Shown here piece after piece: positions 52,101 through 64,000 of a stretch of DNA of 64,000 bases. The stretch covers positions 1,189,628 to 1,253,627 of the forward strand of contig OZ037771.1 in the NCBI GenBank assembly GCA_964035545.1. Direction: 5' to 3'. The DNA comes from Bugula neritina (lineage: Eukaryota > Animalia > Bryozoa). The notes under the pieces were generated by a model, which searched no databases, was not told where the DNA came from, and saw only the letters and a program-made list of their open reading frames with translations. Every line of letters begins with the position of its first letter. Within the stretch, counting starts at the first letter, position 1. The translations under genes and the position numbers were made by a program.

Positions 52101-54463
52101 TGGGCCATGTTGAAAGTCAAATGACCAGCACAAGTCATTTTCTAATAGTTGAATAGAAAAGAATGTGTTTTTCATGAAAATAGTCAGAGTAAGTTATTAT
52201 TGTCAGAGTAGGTTAGTATTGTCAGAGTAAGTTATTATTGTCAGAGTAGGTTAGTATTGTCAGAGTAGGTTAGTATTGTCAGAGTAAGCTAGTATTGTCA
52301 GAGTAAGTTAGTATTGTCAGAGTAAGCTAGTATTGTCAGAGTAAGTTAGTATTGTCAGAGTAAGTTAGTATTGTCAGAGTAAGTTAGTATTGTCAGAGTA
52401 GGTTAGTATTGTCAGAGTAAGTTAGTATTGTCAGAGTAAGTTAGTATTGTCAGAGTAAGTTAGTATTGTCAGAGTAAGTTAGTATTGTCAGAGTAAGTTA
52501 GTATTGTCAGAGTAAGTTAGTATTGTCAGAGTAAGTTAGTATTGTCAGAGTAAGTTAATATTGTCAGAGTAAGTTAGTATTGTCAGAGTAAGTTAGTATT
52601 GTCAGAGTAAGTTAGTATTGTCAGAGTAAGTTAGTATTGTCAGAGTAAGTTAATATTGTCAGAGTAGGTTAATAATCTAGAGAAAGCTATTTTATAGTTT
52701 GGTAATACTGGTAGAAGTTACTGAAAACTCTTAGCATTGCTTCATGTCTCTATCTAATCTGAGTTTTAAATAGTCAAGGGAGAGAACTCCTCAAATCGGA
52801 AACTTTTTATTGGCAATATAATTTGTAATTTTATTTACAGTTTGGCCTGTCACAAGACCTCAGCTCGTTAGTATTTCTCACTGTTCCAGTTTTCTACTTG
52901 ATATCTGCACCAATCGCTACAAACTTCCGGAAAAAGTTTGTAAGTATCAAGATTTCCCTGAAGATCTTAATGTTTAGATATCCATGCAGTTCTGTGGGCT
53001 CTGGTTATTGTACTAATCGCAGTGTCTAGCCTTGGTTTCTTTAGAACCTTAAAAGAAACTTGGTCTTAATTTTTCTTTTCTATTTGTTTTAATGCAAATT
53101 TTGCAGCTGTTTCATTCACTTTAATCCAATCCTGCAATAAAAGTTGCAGCTAAAAAAGCATTGATTACTATACATGATATACTATCTATAGTCTATACAG
53201 TTACAAGCTTTGTGATACATTTTACACGACTATAATTTTACAAACTACTATGCTGCTTTGGTATTAAATATTTTAAGATGTATTGTTAACCAAATTTACT
53301 AGCTTTCCTAAGCCAATAATTTTTTTTTGCAGAAAAACTTTGATAACCTGTACTGCACTACAATAAACTTTGTTCTGGCTGCGGTAGTCTACTTGTTGAT
53401 GGGACCATCACCCTTGTTTGTCCACCTAAAGAGGTACAGTAGTCTGTATCCTTATTCATATCAATTAACTGGTTACTATACACATAGTACATACAAACTA
53501 GATGGTTACTATACACATAGTACATACAAACTAGATGGTTACTATGGTAACACACTAGCATAGTCTTAGGTTACAGGAGCTTAGCCTGTGAGCTGTTGAT
53601 TCATCAGATGTTTCCTGTGGATGCAAGTCACAAGATAAAGCAAACCACGCTGCTTGCTAGCAGTTAGCTGTGGGTTGCTGTGGAATCTGCTAGAACAACA
53701 CGTGTTGGAAGTTGTTTACCCTTAGATGGAGTTGCTGAACGTTCTTCCTTATCACTAAATCAAAAACAAACCCTCCCACCATAAATATATTGCTGGGGAG
53801 TTTTTATATTATTGAGTTGTTAAAATTTTACAGACCTCTGTGGTTGTTGATAGTCACCTTGGGCCTTCAAGCATTCTTGGCTGAGGCGGGAGTTATCTTC
53901 ACCCTAGAGCTAGCCTTCATTCCTATGAACACGTGAGGAATAGACATTATATAATATATATATATATTCATAATACGTACCAGAATACAATTACATCCCA
54001 CATGATATCATCATCTTGCTAATAAGCAAACTATTTGCAGAGGAAGTGGACCAACAAGGGAGATGAATACTGCAACACAAGCCTTAGTTTCTGGTATTTG
54101 GTTGACTACCTTTGCTTTCGGGTGAGTTATAGCTCAGTTTCTCAACAAGTAAATTCACTTTTCACGTAGACCCAACAAACCCACTCTGATTCTAATATAT
54201 TTCAATGCTTGCATCTCAAGCATTATATATAAATTTAGGCTTTCTTTTCAATTTTCACACTAAACCTTTCTTTCTGTAGAGAGTTCCTTTCACCAATACT
54301 GTCTGGCATGTTCATAGAAAAGATGAGTTATGGGTGGACAACTACAATATATGGAGTCATGTGTCTAGTACTAGCTGTAATAGTATTACTCATACAACTC
54401 TATAGAATTATTAGAAACCATTATGGAAAATTGGACTCTGAAAATAAACCTCTCCTAAATTAA
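49150..54463 (+). CDS. SLC18B1: SLC18B1-like MFS vesicular amine/polyamine transporter, copy 1; 11 coding exons
   Basis: Exons 49150-49353, 49858-49953, 50055-50300, 50925-50993, 51584-51671, 51891-52042, 52841-52939, 53333-53433, 53834-53932, 54041-54121 and 54280-54463. Motifs LPAPFLP, LRILQALGASA, GYGEIAIGIGSTIGPALGSLLYRLGGF, PILEPEL, LLMGPSP, LVSGIW..FAFGEFLSP, and a C-terminal acidic dileucine ENKPLL. Confidence 0.88.
49338..49495 (+). repeat. About 27-bp repeat spanning the exon-1 donor of SLC18B1 copy 1, 6 copies
   Basis: ttcttacctgtagta|gtaagta(ta)cac repeated. Confidence 0.92.
52182..52672. repeat. 19-bp minisatellite, about 26 copies, containing GTAAGT
   Basis: Unit tagtattgtcagagtaagt. 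Confidence 0.97.
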
Positions 54464-55196
54464 AAAAGTATTGCGTTTAAAGATCTTTAGCTATGAACAA
54501 TGTTCACAGTATATGTTTGTTGCTTTATGTATAAGCTGCTGTATGCTGTTATAATTTACTAAGTGGATATAAACAGTAAAACAAGAGCATGTTTGTGTAA
54601 AAATCTTTCTTTATTTTTAAACAATATGGGAGGATTTCTGTCATTTAAGAACAATACTTTCAAGAGAAATAACTCCCAATGCTACTCGTGTATAATAGGT
54701 ATAGTGCCAGAAATATTATTTCTCAAAATATGACTTTTGCAAAGTATAATAAGTTTGTAGATGCTAACAATAAGATAACAATTTACAAAATGTTTTTATT
54801 ATTCTATTATTATTTTAAAAAATAAAAAGTTTTTTTTCCTTTTATTATTTTACCAATACAAGTCTGCATGTTGCATCATCCTAAATTAAATTTGAAAATT
54901 GACGCTTAGGGCAATTTTCAGACAAAACTAATTGATTGTTTTTATTTCATCTTGAGAACTTTTTGCTTGCTATCCACCACAAGTACGCATAACAACAACA
55001 AAATATAGAATATAATATTAAATAATATATATAGACATAGGATACAGCATAATATTCTATAATGAATAGCATAATATCATATAATTATCAACATACAACT
55101 GAAAAACCTTTAAGCAATTTATACATGGAGTCATTTAGTTGGTGTAGTCAAGCATCTTTATAAAAATAACGATAGAAAACTTTAAACTGTCCACAG

Positions 55197-55198
<2 letters not shown>

Positions 55199-55276
<78 letters not shown>
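55199..55276. repeat. (AT)n microsatellite
   Basis: Perfect AT run. Confidence 0.98.
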
Positions 55277-55278
<2 letters not shown>

Positions 55279-55953
55279 TTTACAAAAAATATATCATTTA
55301 ACATTCATTCTGCGTTTAAAGTTGAGTTGAAAGAAGCAACAGCACAAAAAGCCAAACCATGCAGTTCTAACAAGCCTTCCATTGCCAACATAATATAAAC
55401 TGTTCAACTATTCAAAATGAGAGTAACCTGCCAAAACATTTTCAGTAGTATAAGTCTTTCACTATTCTCATCTTATATTCAGCATCAGGGCACCAGCTGC
55501 CCTCAGAAAACTAGAATTGTTATCGCAGCTCAGTAGCAATATATGAGCATGATGTGACCACAACCAGATAGTTCTGCTTACATCTACCACCAGCTTTCTT
55601 ATTGGCAGCTTTAAACTTGATACCTTAGTTAGCAGTTTAGAGAGAGGGAGTCAACTGACCTACTATTTGTTAAGCTTTGATCTACTTAGTTTAGATTTTA
55701 CTTACATTGATAGCTACCAGTAAAAAGAGGTGTACGCGTAAGGGTAAGTTAGCAAATTCAGCTTTATTCTATTGAATGCAGATGTTTATGATTTATAGAT
55801 AAGCTTTAGAATTGAGATATTTCTATACATTCATATCCAGTTTGTAATTCATAATAACAATAGACTTGGTACCTGTCTCTTATATATACTGTGTAACTGT
55901 TTTGTGTAGATACAGGGTGGTTTTATATACTTTGTTGGCTTATTTACTGCAGG

Positions 55954-58900
55954 ATGGAGAAAGACAACTCCTGTAGTACAAGTGCAGCAGAAAATGGTGT
56001 GAGTCATAAATCATTTGATGGTGAAGAGAAGAAAAAGAAACCGTTTACTAAAGAGCAAAAGTTAATCTTTTTTGTTGCATTTATTTCGGATCTCTTTGCA
56101 TTTTCATCTGTATCACTTCCTGCACCATTTTTACCTGCAGTGGTGAGTAGTTTTTACCTACTGCAATAATTTTGGACTGTATATTAGCTAAAAGAACTAT
56201 AAATATTTTTACGGCTTGATCTTTAGTATGTTGACTATAATTTTTATTGCTTATTCTCAATAGATAGAGGATATATAGATTTGTTATAATGTTTCATTAG
56301 ATAAGCACAATAACTTATAACACCACTCAATCTTTGTAACTTAGAAGATTAGTTCTCTTAAAATGATAAATTGAATAAAACATACAATAGATAGTATTAC
56401 GTTTTATGGCTTCTTACCAAAGTGAAACCTTGGAATGCTGACTTAGGTTTAGTAAGATAACTGAAACACTGCTAGTATAAAATAAAGTAGATTGTCAATC
56501 TCTCTACTCCTAACTAATTACACATTTATATTACAGGATGAACAGCACAACATCTCCTCTGATGTAACAGGATGGATACTAGGAATATACTCTCTGGTTC
56601 AACTAGTCATGTTTCCAGTCTTTGGAAAGTTTGTAAGTGATGCGGTCTAGTGAAAGAGAATGTTATGCTTCATCATAGAGACCTTAGCTTATGGAAAGAT
56701 CAACTCTTGTCCTGCTTTTAATCTCTGAAAGACAAATTAGTTTTATACAATTATTCATTTAATAATTATTTTTATTTTCATTTAATTTTTAAATTTGCAC
56801 CATTAATCCTTGTTGATTTTACTGTTACTGTTGTAGATATCTCGCATTGGTGTTAGACGAACCCTTCTATGTGGACAGATCACTTGTGGAGTATTTCTGG
56901 TAGCATTTGGTCTACTAGAATATCTCCCAGTACCAGATCCTACAGACAACTCTATCGATGTGACTTACTTAGTTCTAGCTATAGTCTTGCGTATTCTACA
57001 AGCTCTGGGAGCATCCGCTTTTGCTACGGCGGCCATGACACTTTTGACGTCTGCATTTCCAGATGACACTGTCGTCATGTTGGTGAGAATTTTTCTATCA
57101 AATTTTATGTACCGGATAATATTTGTATAATAATTTGTTTTTATATCAAGTTGTAATGATACAGGGTTATGGAGAGGTGGCTATTGGATTAGGTCTGACT
57201 ATTGGACCAGCTCTTGGAAGTCTTCTATACAAGGTGAGATTCAGGTAAATTACTCTTGTTTCTGCTGTAGTTTTGTAGCTTTACATTACATTACCTTACT
57301 CCCGGTTCGACTTGGGTTCAAAACTTTTTATATATGGAAGTCAAGTAAGACTCCAAGTCTGTTGACTGTGTGTTCTGAGCTTTTTCATAAAAGCTATCCT
57401 AGTATGTTAAAAGCTGAGAACTTCTAGTTGAATTTGACTGTCTGGAAACTTGTAGATTTGCATTTTTTATTTTCTGTTTCATTTTAGCTTGGCGGATTTA
57501 TGACGGTATTTGGTGGGATTGGTGGACTGATTCTGTTAATCTTTGTGATATCTTTCTTCATTTTACCTGCAGATAGTAAGTCTATATTAAGTATTTTACC
57601 TGCAGATAGTAAGTCTATATTAAGTATTTTACCTGCGAATAGTAAGTCTATATTAAGTATTTTACCTGCAGATAGGAAGTTTATATAATAAGTATTTTAC
57701 CTGCAGATAATAAGTTTATTTAATAGTTGGTTCACCTACAAACAAAGTTTGAACATTGTGCATTTTGCTTACAGAAAGTGTGTACAGCTTTTACCTGCTG
57801 AGTGCTTGTTATTTTGCTCAACGTACCATTCAACTGTGATGAACCATTTGGCGGTATTGCATGGCTTTTTCCTTTATTAAATTTGCCATTTTAAACTCAA
57901 AATTCAGCTAGTGCATGAGTTTGGATTGAAATATTTTATTTTATTTTCTGTATTATTAGAAAACAGAATCCATGATATAAAAGAACTTATCATTATTTTA
58001 CAATATTATTACGAATGTTGTTAAAAATGCTGGTGAATTTTAATTTTTGACTTTCTGTTTGTTAAATTAATCTTTTTCCAGAATACCTAGAACTATGAGC
58101 TACCTTTAACTAAAGTGAAAAATTTGATGTACACATTTTAATATACTGACAACTCACGTAGGTTGTGCAAGTATAAAACTATTGTTTATTTTAAGATTAC
58201 GATAAGAAGGAGGACCAGAAAGCAAACTGGACACTTAAAGAGATCCTAACACACCCCAATGTCTTACTCTCTGTGATTTTGATCATCTTTATTGGAATGT
58301 CTTGTAACATGAACAACCCCATTCTGGAGCCAGAGTTGAGGGACAAGGTATATATGAATGCAGACTATAACCACAGACTTACCGATACATGTTTTACTAT
58401 CATCTCTCACACCCACAGGTTCTGATTGAGTTTGGTCTGATTGTCTTGCAGTTTGGTCTCTCTCAAGTCTACAGTTCCCTGGTATTCCTTGTCTTCCCAG
58501 TCTTCTACTTAATAACTGCTCCATTTGCTTTCAGTTTTCGCAAAAGATGTGTATGTATATTAACCTACATTCTTATTAACCTACTTTTTTGTTGTTGAAC
58601 TCCTTTCTTGTGGACCTACTTTTTGACCTACTTTTTTAGGGACCTAGCTTTTTGCTGACCAATAATTTTGTGGCAACAAATTTATAATAGAACTTATTTA
58701 AAACAGAGAGCTATCAAAGTTTGCTTGGTGGTATAATAGGTTTGTTCAATAACAAAATTCAATTTATTTAACACAATAACTATTTAGTTGAAGTTATATG
58801 AGCAATAGCAGCAGAAATACACACAGTCAGCAACACAGATACAGATACAGAAGTGTATTCAATATGGCTGCTGATAGACTTGCTTCTATTTGATACATTC

Positions 58901-60368
58901 ACTCACTAAGTTAAGTTGTGAAAGGGAAATTATTTTATTTTACCTGAAGGTGCACTTTGCACATTATTGTGTTATTTAAACATTATAATAATGTTGTAGC
59001 AAGTATTTGACATTCTGTACTGCATGGTCATAGATTTCCTTCTGGGAGCAGTGGCTTTCACTCTCATGGGTCCGTCACCTTTGTTTACTGGATTACAAAG
59101 GTGAAGGTCATTCAATAATATGTGATTAAAGACAATTTTAATAATTTCAGTAACTAAGTTGTATTGTACTAAAACATGGTGATTACTTACAGGCCCTTGT
59201 GGCTGATGATTGTAGCCATTGCTATTCAAGCTGTCTTTGCTGAATCTGGAATTATCTTCACTTTAGAGCTGGCTTTTATTCCCATGGATAGGTAAGTGTT
59301 ATCAGTTCAAAGATGTTTCAAAATTGAATCTCTCTTTATTGCACAATACTGTTGCCATAGTTACACACAATACTGTTGCCATAGTTACACACAATACTGT
59401 TGCCATAGTTACACACAATACTGTTGCCATAGTTACACACAATACTGTTGCCATAGTTACACACAATACTGTTGCCATAGTTACACACAATACTGTGGTC
59501 ATAGTTACACACAATACTGTTGTCATAGTTACACACAATGACATTTTTACAGAGAAAGTAAGCGAGTGAAGGAGATGAACACTGCAACACAAGCGTTGAT
59601 ATCCGGTATTTGGTTGACTACGTTTGCTTTTGGGTGAGCATCTTTCTCACTGGAATATATATATCAAATATCATCTTGTCTATAAAATATTTCAAGATAT
59701 GTTTAATTATATTGAAACTTTGTCTAAGTATGATAGTTTCACATTAACAATTTTTTTATCAAAACTTGATGGTAAAAGTATTCTTAAAAACTGACAAATA
59801 TTTGCAGCTACTAAAGATTTTTGCTAAGTAGAAGTGTGTAAAAATAATATAATATGGCACAACCATTTTGAATTTTGAGCTGATGTAAATATTGATAATG
59901 AATTTTACAATACAGATAATTTGTGAAAATTCAATATAACTTTTGATTCTGATATGTTACACAACTAAAAAATAAACTTTTTTATTAATAAATAAACATG
60001 TTAATTGAAATTTGGTAATAAATTCTAGCTGCAACGTAATATAATAATAATAATATTATATTATTTTTATATTATAATAGTATTTGAAAGGGCAGGCATC
60101 TGTTGTTTGTAAATAGTAATTAGCTAAAAGTTTGCTAGTTTTGCTCATGACGTTTGCTTGTGTTTCCCCAAGACAATACATCTCTCCGGTGATCTCTGGT
60201 GCCTTAGCAGTGAAGCTAAGCTATGGGTGGACAACTACGAGTTACGCCGCAATGTGCCTGGCAGTTGCTGTGACTGTGCTGCTGGTTAAAGTCAGCAGGA
60301 TTGTCTCAACTCTTATAAGGAGCTCATGGCAGCGTAAAGATGCCGAAAGTGAGGTTCTTCTACATTAA
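55954..60368 (+). CDS. SLC18B1: SLC18B1-like MFS transporter, copy 2; 11 coding exons
   Basis: Same exon layout and phases as copy 1; MEKDNSCS..LPAPFLPAV, LRILQALGASA, IGPALGSLLYKLGGF, LMGPSP; ends ESEVLLH*. Confidence 0.88.
57560..57717 (+). repeat. 33-bp repeat spanning the exon-5 donor of SLC18B1 copy 2, 5 copies
   Basis: attttacctgcagata|gtaagtctatattaagt. Confidence 0.93.
59342..59538. repeat. 24-bp minisatellite, 8 copies, containing X-box-like GTTGCCATAGTTAC
   Basis: Unit acacaatactgttgccatagttac. Confidence 0.96.
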
Positions 60369-61757
60369 GCTTTTAGCTCAAATTATATGAAATGCATGTT
60401 TTTTGTAACGTTTTTTGAATTCATGTTATTTGCATTAACGTCTCTTGTTATTTTGAAGCCTTTTGTATAGTTTAATAAATTTTCTTCTCCACATTTTATA
60501 GTGAATAAAGCTTTATAAGATTTGGAATTTTTTGTCCACAAACCTCCATTTTAGGTGTTGACCAATCACAGTCTTTGTTCCATTATTTGAATTGTCGGGT
60601 AACTTGTTATTATAAAGAGGGATATCAGAACTTGATTGTGTTCTAAACATAACAAATTTATAATGTGCAAAACAGATATTTCTAAGAATCTCATTTAAAT
60701 ATTAAATTACTTATTCAATTACCAAAAAGCAGTTACACTTGAAAGATAAAACTGTTCGCTAAAATCATCAAAATAATGTAAATCTCATGTATTTACGGAA
60801 GTGAGTATAAAGAATCTAGCTCCACAGTTCCATGTTATGTGCTTGGTACACATTACTTTCAAAACTTCATGTGTGGTTAGTGATCAATAATGAAGCAAGC
60901 TTTCTAAACAATATATTATAAACAAAAAGCTAACAACCAAGAAAGCTATTCAAAACAAACACGATGCTCTAAGTTGGAACAGTTTGAACCTTTTTGATTG
61001 ACTTGGCATTGACTAGGTTACTCACTTGCGCAGTGGACTTAATAGTGGGGTTCCGGGGCTATGCTATTTAAAAGTATTTTAGAAACACATCAAGACTAAA
61101 AATTTATTCATCCTGCATTAGCAGAATCTAAGACAAGCAAGCACACAAGTCTAGCTTCCATGCATTAGGCACTCTCCATCTTAGTCACAGAGTTGTGTAA
61201 ACTTAAAGAAGAAGGGGGGGGGGTACAGAAGATTGTTGTATTGTTGTTCACTATCCTGCTCTCTCAACTATATTCTAATGTGCTATTCAGCATTTCACTG
61301 GTTCTCACTAGAAAACACTAGAATCAGTTTCACCATACAGCTTACCCATGTAAACATGTGACCACAACCAGATAGTTCTGCTTGTATCTACCACCAGTTT
61401 TTTTATTGGCAGCTTTAAACTTGATACCTTAGTTAGCAGTTTAGAGAGAGAGAGTCAACTAAATTCCTATTTGATAAGCTTTGATCTACTTAGTTTAGAT
61501 TTCACTTACATTGATAGCTACCAGTAAAAAAAGGTGTACGTAAGGGTAAGTTAGCAAATTCAGCTTTATTCTATTGAATGTAGATGTTTATGATTTATAT
61601 AGATAAGCTTTAGAGTTGAGATATTTCTATACATTCATATCCGGTTTGTAATTCATAATAACAATAGACATGGTACCTGTATGTAATATATACTTAATAT
61701 CTGATTGTGTGTAGATACAGGGTGGTTTATATACTTTGTTAGCTTATTTACTGCAGG

Positions 61758-64000
61758 ATGGAGAAAGACAACTCCTGTAGTACAAGTCTAGCAGAAAATG
61801 GTGTGAGTCATAAATCATTTGATGATGAAGAGAAGAAAAAGAAACCGTTTACTAAAGAGCAAAAGTTAATCTTTTTTGTTGCATTTATTTCGGATCTCTT
61901 CGCATTTTCACCTATATCCCTTCCTGCACCTTTTCTACCTGCAGTGGTAAGTATTTTTTACCTGCAGTGATATGCTTTGAGTACTGGTTAGTAGATGGAA
62001 CTGATAGTTTCCTATATATTTTAATCTTCAACATCACAGCTATTAGTTAGGGTGCCTATATTGTTTATTCTCAAAATGCAATAAATACAAATTATAAACT
62101 AAATAAGTTTAAAGTTTTTTATCAGATAAACTTATAGCTGATGCACTCAGTTTAGAGAGATATTTTGAGTAAGGTGCAGGTACTGTCCTATGATCAGTTA
62201 GGAAACCAAATTGAAAAAACTGATACTATATTATAATAAACTAGGTTGTCAATTTCTCTCCTACTAAAAGTAATCATTAAACAGTGACCCATTTATATTA
62301 CAGGATGAGCAGCACAACATATCATCTGATATAACAGGATGGATACTAGGAATATACTCTCTGGTTCAACTCATCATGTTTCCAGTCTTTGGAAAGTTGG
62401 TTAGTTTTATACAATTTATTTATTCGATAATAATTTTTTGTATATTTATATTTTCTTTTATATTATTTGTTTATTATCATAAAAAACTCACGCAAGTTTA
62501 TAGTCACTATCCGTGTGAGAAACCCCTGATGGAAGGAGTTTTTGTTAAAGCGGGCTAAGGACAATTATTTGAATGAGGCACAGGAGCAATTATGACTGGA
62601 TGCTTTTCCTAACATCACCAATGGCCTTTGTCCGGGCTCGAACTCATGACCTTCGTGCTTACTAGACAAACGCTCTAACCCCTAGACCACGGCTGCTCAC
62701 TATTTGTTTATTATTATAATTTTCTTAGTTATTACTACTACAGATCCATCGCATTGGTGTTCGGCGAACCCTTCTGATTGGTCAGATAACTTGTGGAGTA
62801 TTTGTGATAACATTTGGTCTACTAGAATATCTCCCAGTACCAGATCCTACAGAGAACTCTATGGATGTGACTTACTTAGTTCTAGCTATAGTCTTGCGTA
62901 TTCTACAAGCTCTGGGAGCATCTGCTTATGGAATGGCGGCCATGACACTTTTGACGTCTGCATTCCCGGACGACACTGTCGTTATGTTGGTGAGAATTTT
63001 TCTATCAAATTTTATGTACCAGATTATATTTGTATAATAATTTGTTTTTATATCAAGTTGTAATATGATTCAGGGTTATGGAGAGGTGGCTATTGGATTA
63101 GGTCTGACTATTGGACCAGCTCTTGGAAGTCTTCTATACAAGGTGAGATTCAGGAAAACTATTCTTGTTTCTGTTGACTGATTCCTGTCTTGTTGCATAT
63201 TTTCTGAGCTTAACTTCTGTATTCTCTTTTGGTAAGTGATGATGTATTTGTTCACAAATCAGATCACCAGCTCCTACCAATTCAGTAGAAATACTGTTGC
63301 CTGACAATTCATACAGCTATGTGACAGGTAATGCCCTGGGATCAACATTTTATTTGTGATATACTTTGACTAATACCATCATAATGCAATATATTCTATT
63401 TTTTTAACTTGTTTTTAATACAAACAATATAATACTGGTAGATTCCACACATCTAAGCATCTTCTATTTTTGCTGTAGCTCGGTGGATTCATGATGGTGT
63501 TTTCTGGAATTGGTGGATTGATTTTGGTAATCTTTGTGATATCCTTTTTCATTTTACCTGCAGATGGTAAGTTTATACACAATATTTTACCTGCAGACAG
63601 CAAGTTTATATAATAATTATCATAACTCACTTTAAGTATATATTTATATATATATATCCACTATCATAATCTCGAATATTTTCCAATCACTGTTTATTTG
63701 AAGATTATGCCAAAAAAGAGGATGAAAAAGCAAACTGGACACTTAAAGAGATCCTAACACATCCTAATGTCTTACTCTCTGTGATTCTAATAACTTTCTT
63801 TGGAATGTTGTGTACCATGAACAACCCTATTCTGGAGCCAGAACTACGCGCTAAAGTATGAGATTTGGGATCTTCTAGTAAACTAGTGCACATTGTTATA
63901 CATGGTTATGTTCTGGGCCATGTTGAAAGTCAAATGACCAACACAAGTCATTTTCTAATAGTTGAATAAATCTACAGTCTAAGCCCTAAGGTGCCTTATT
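61758..64000 (+). CDS. SLC18B1: SLC18B1-like MFS transporter, copy 3 (coding exons 1-6 present, 3' end outside window)
   Basis: MEKDNSCSTSLAENG..; six exons in the same phases as copies 1 and 2, with no stop seen in the spliced frame. Confidence 0.85.
62478..62700 (-). mobile_element. tRNA-derived SINE with 14-bp target-site duplication
   Basis: Minus strand gagcagccgTGGTCTAGGGGttagagcg...GAGTTCGAGCCC gives A and B boxes. The direct repeat tatttgtttattat lies at 62464-62477 and 62701-62714. The element is absent from the equivalent intron of copy 2. Confidence 0.88.

Noticed and set aside
62625-62698. Functional tRNA gene
   Set aside because: No closing acceptor stem is evident; the sequence continues into a SINE body flanked by a TSD.

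Overview
AT-rich, intron-dense animal genomic DNA, probably from an invertebrate (inferred from gene architecture; species not determined). Nine spliced genes can be read by joining exons by hand: the 3' part of PRMT9 (+), SDAD1 (+), BAP18/C17orf49 (-), LARP1 (+), a PH-C2 INPP4 (+), an ODF3/SHIPPO-repeat ciliary gene (-), and three tandem SLC18B1-like MFS transporters (+, the third cut by the window end). There are also a tRNA-headed SINE with a 14-bp TSD, two foldback/MITE-like elements and many minisatellites. The most striking pattern is that many intronic tandem repeats are copies of the gene's own splice junction (donor, acceptor or branch-point-like motif). The extreme case is an INPP4 intron built from 112 copies of its own acceptor junction. 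Several donor arrays are in frame and could give length-variable isoforms, while others lead to stops. Exon coordinates come from manual reading with no transcript evidence; family assignments rest on recalled motifs, not database searches.
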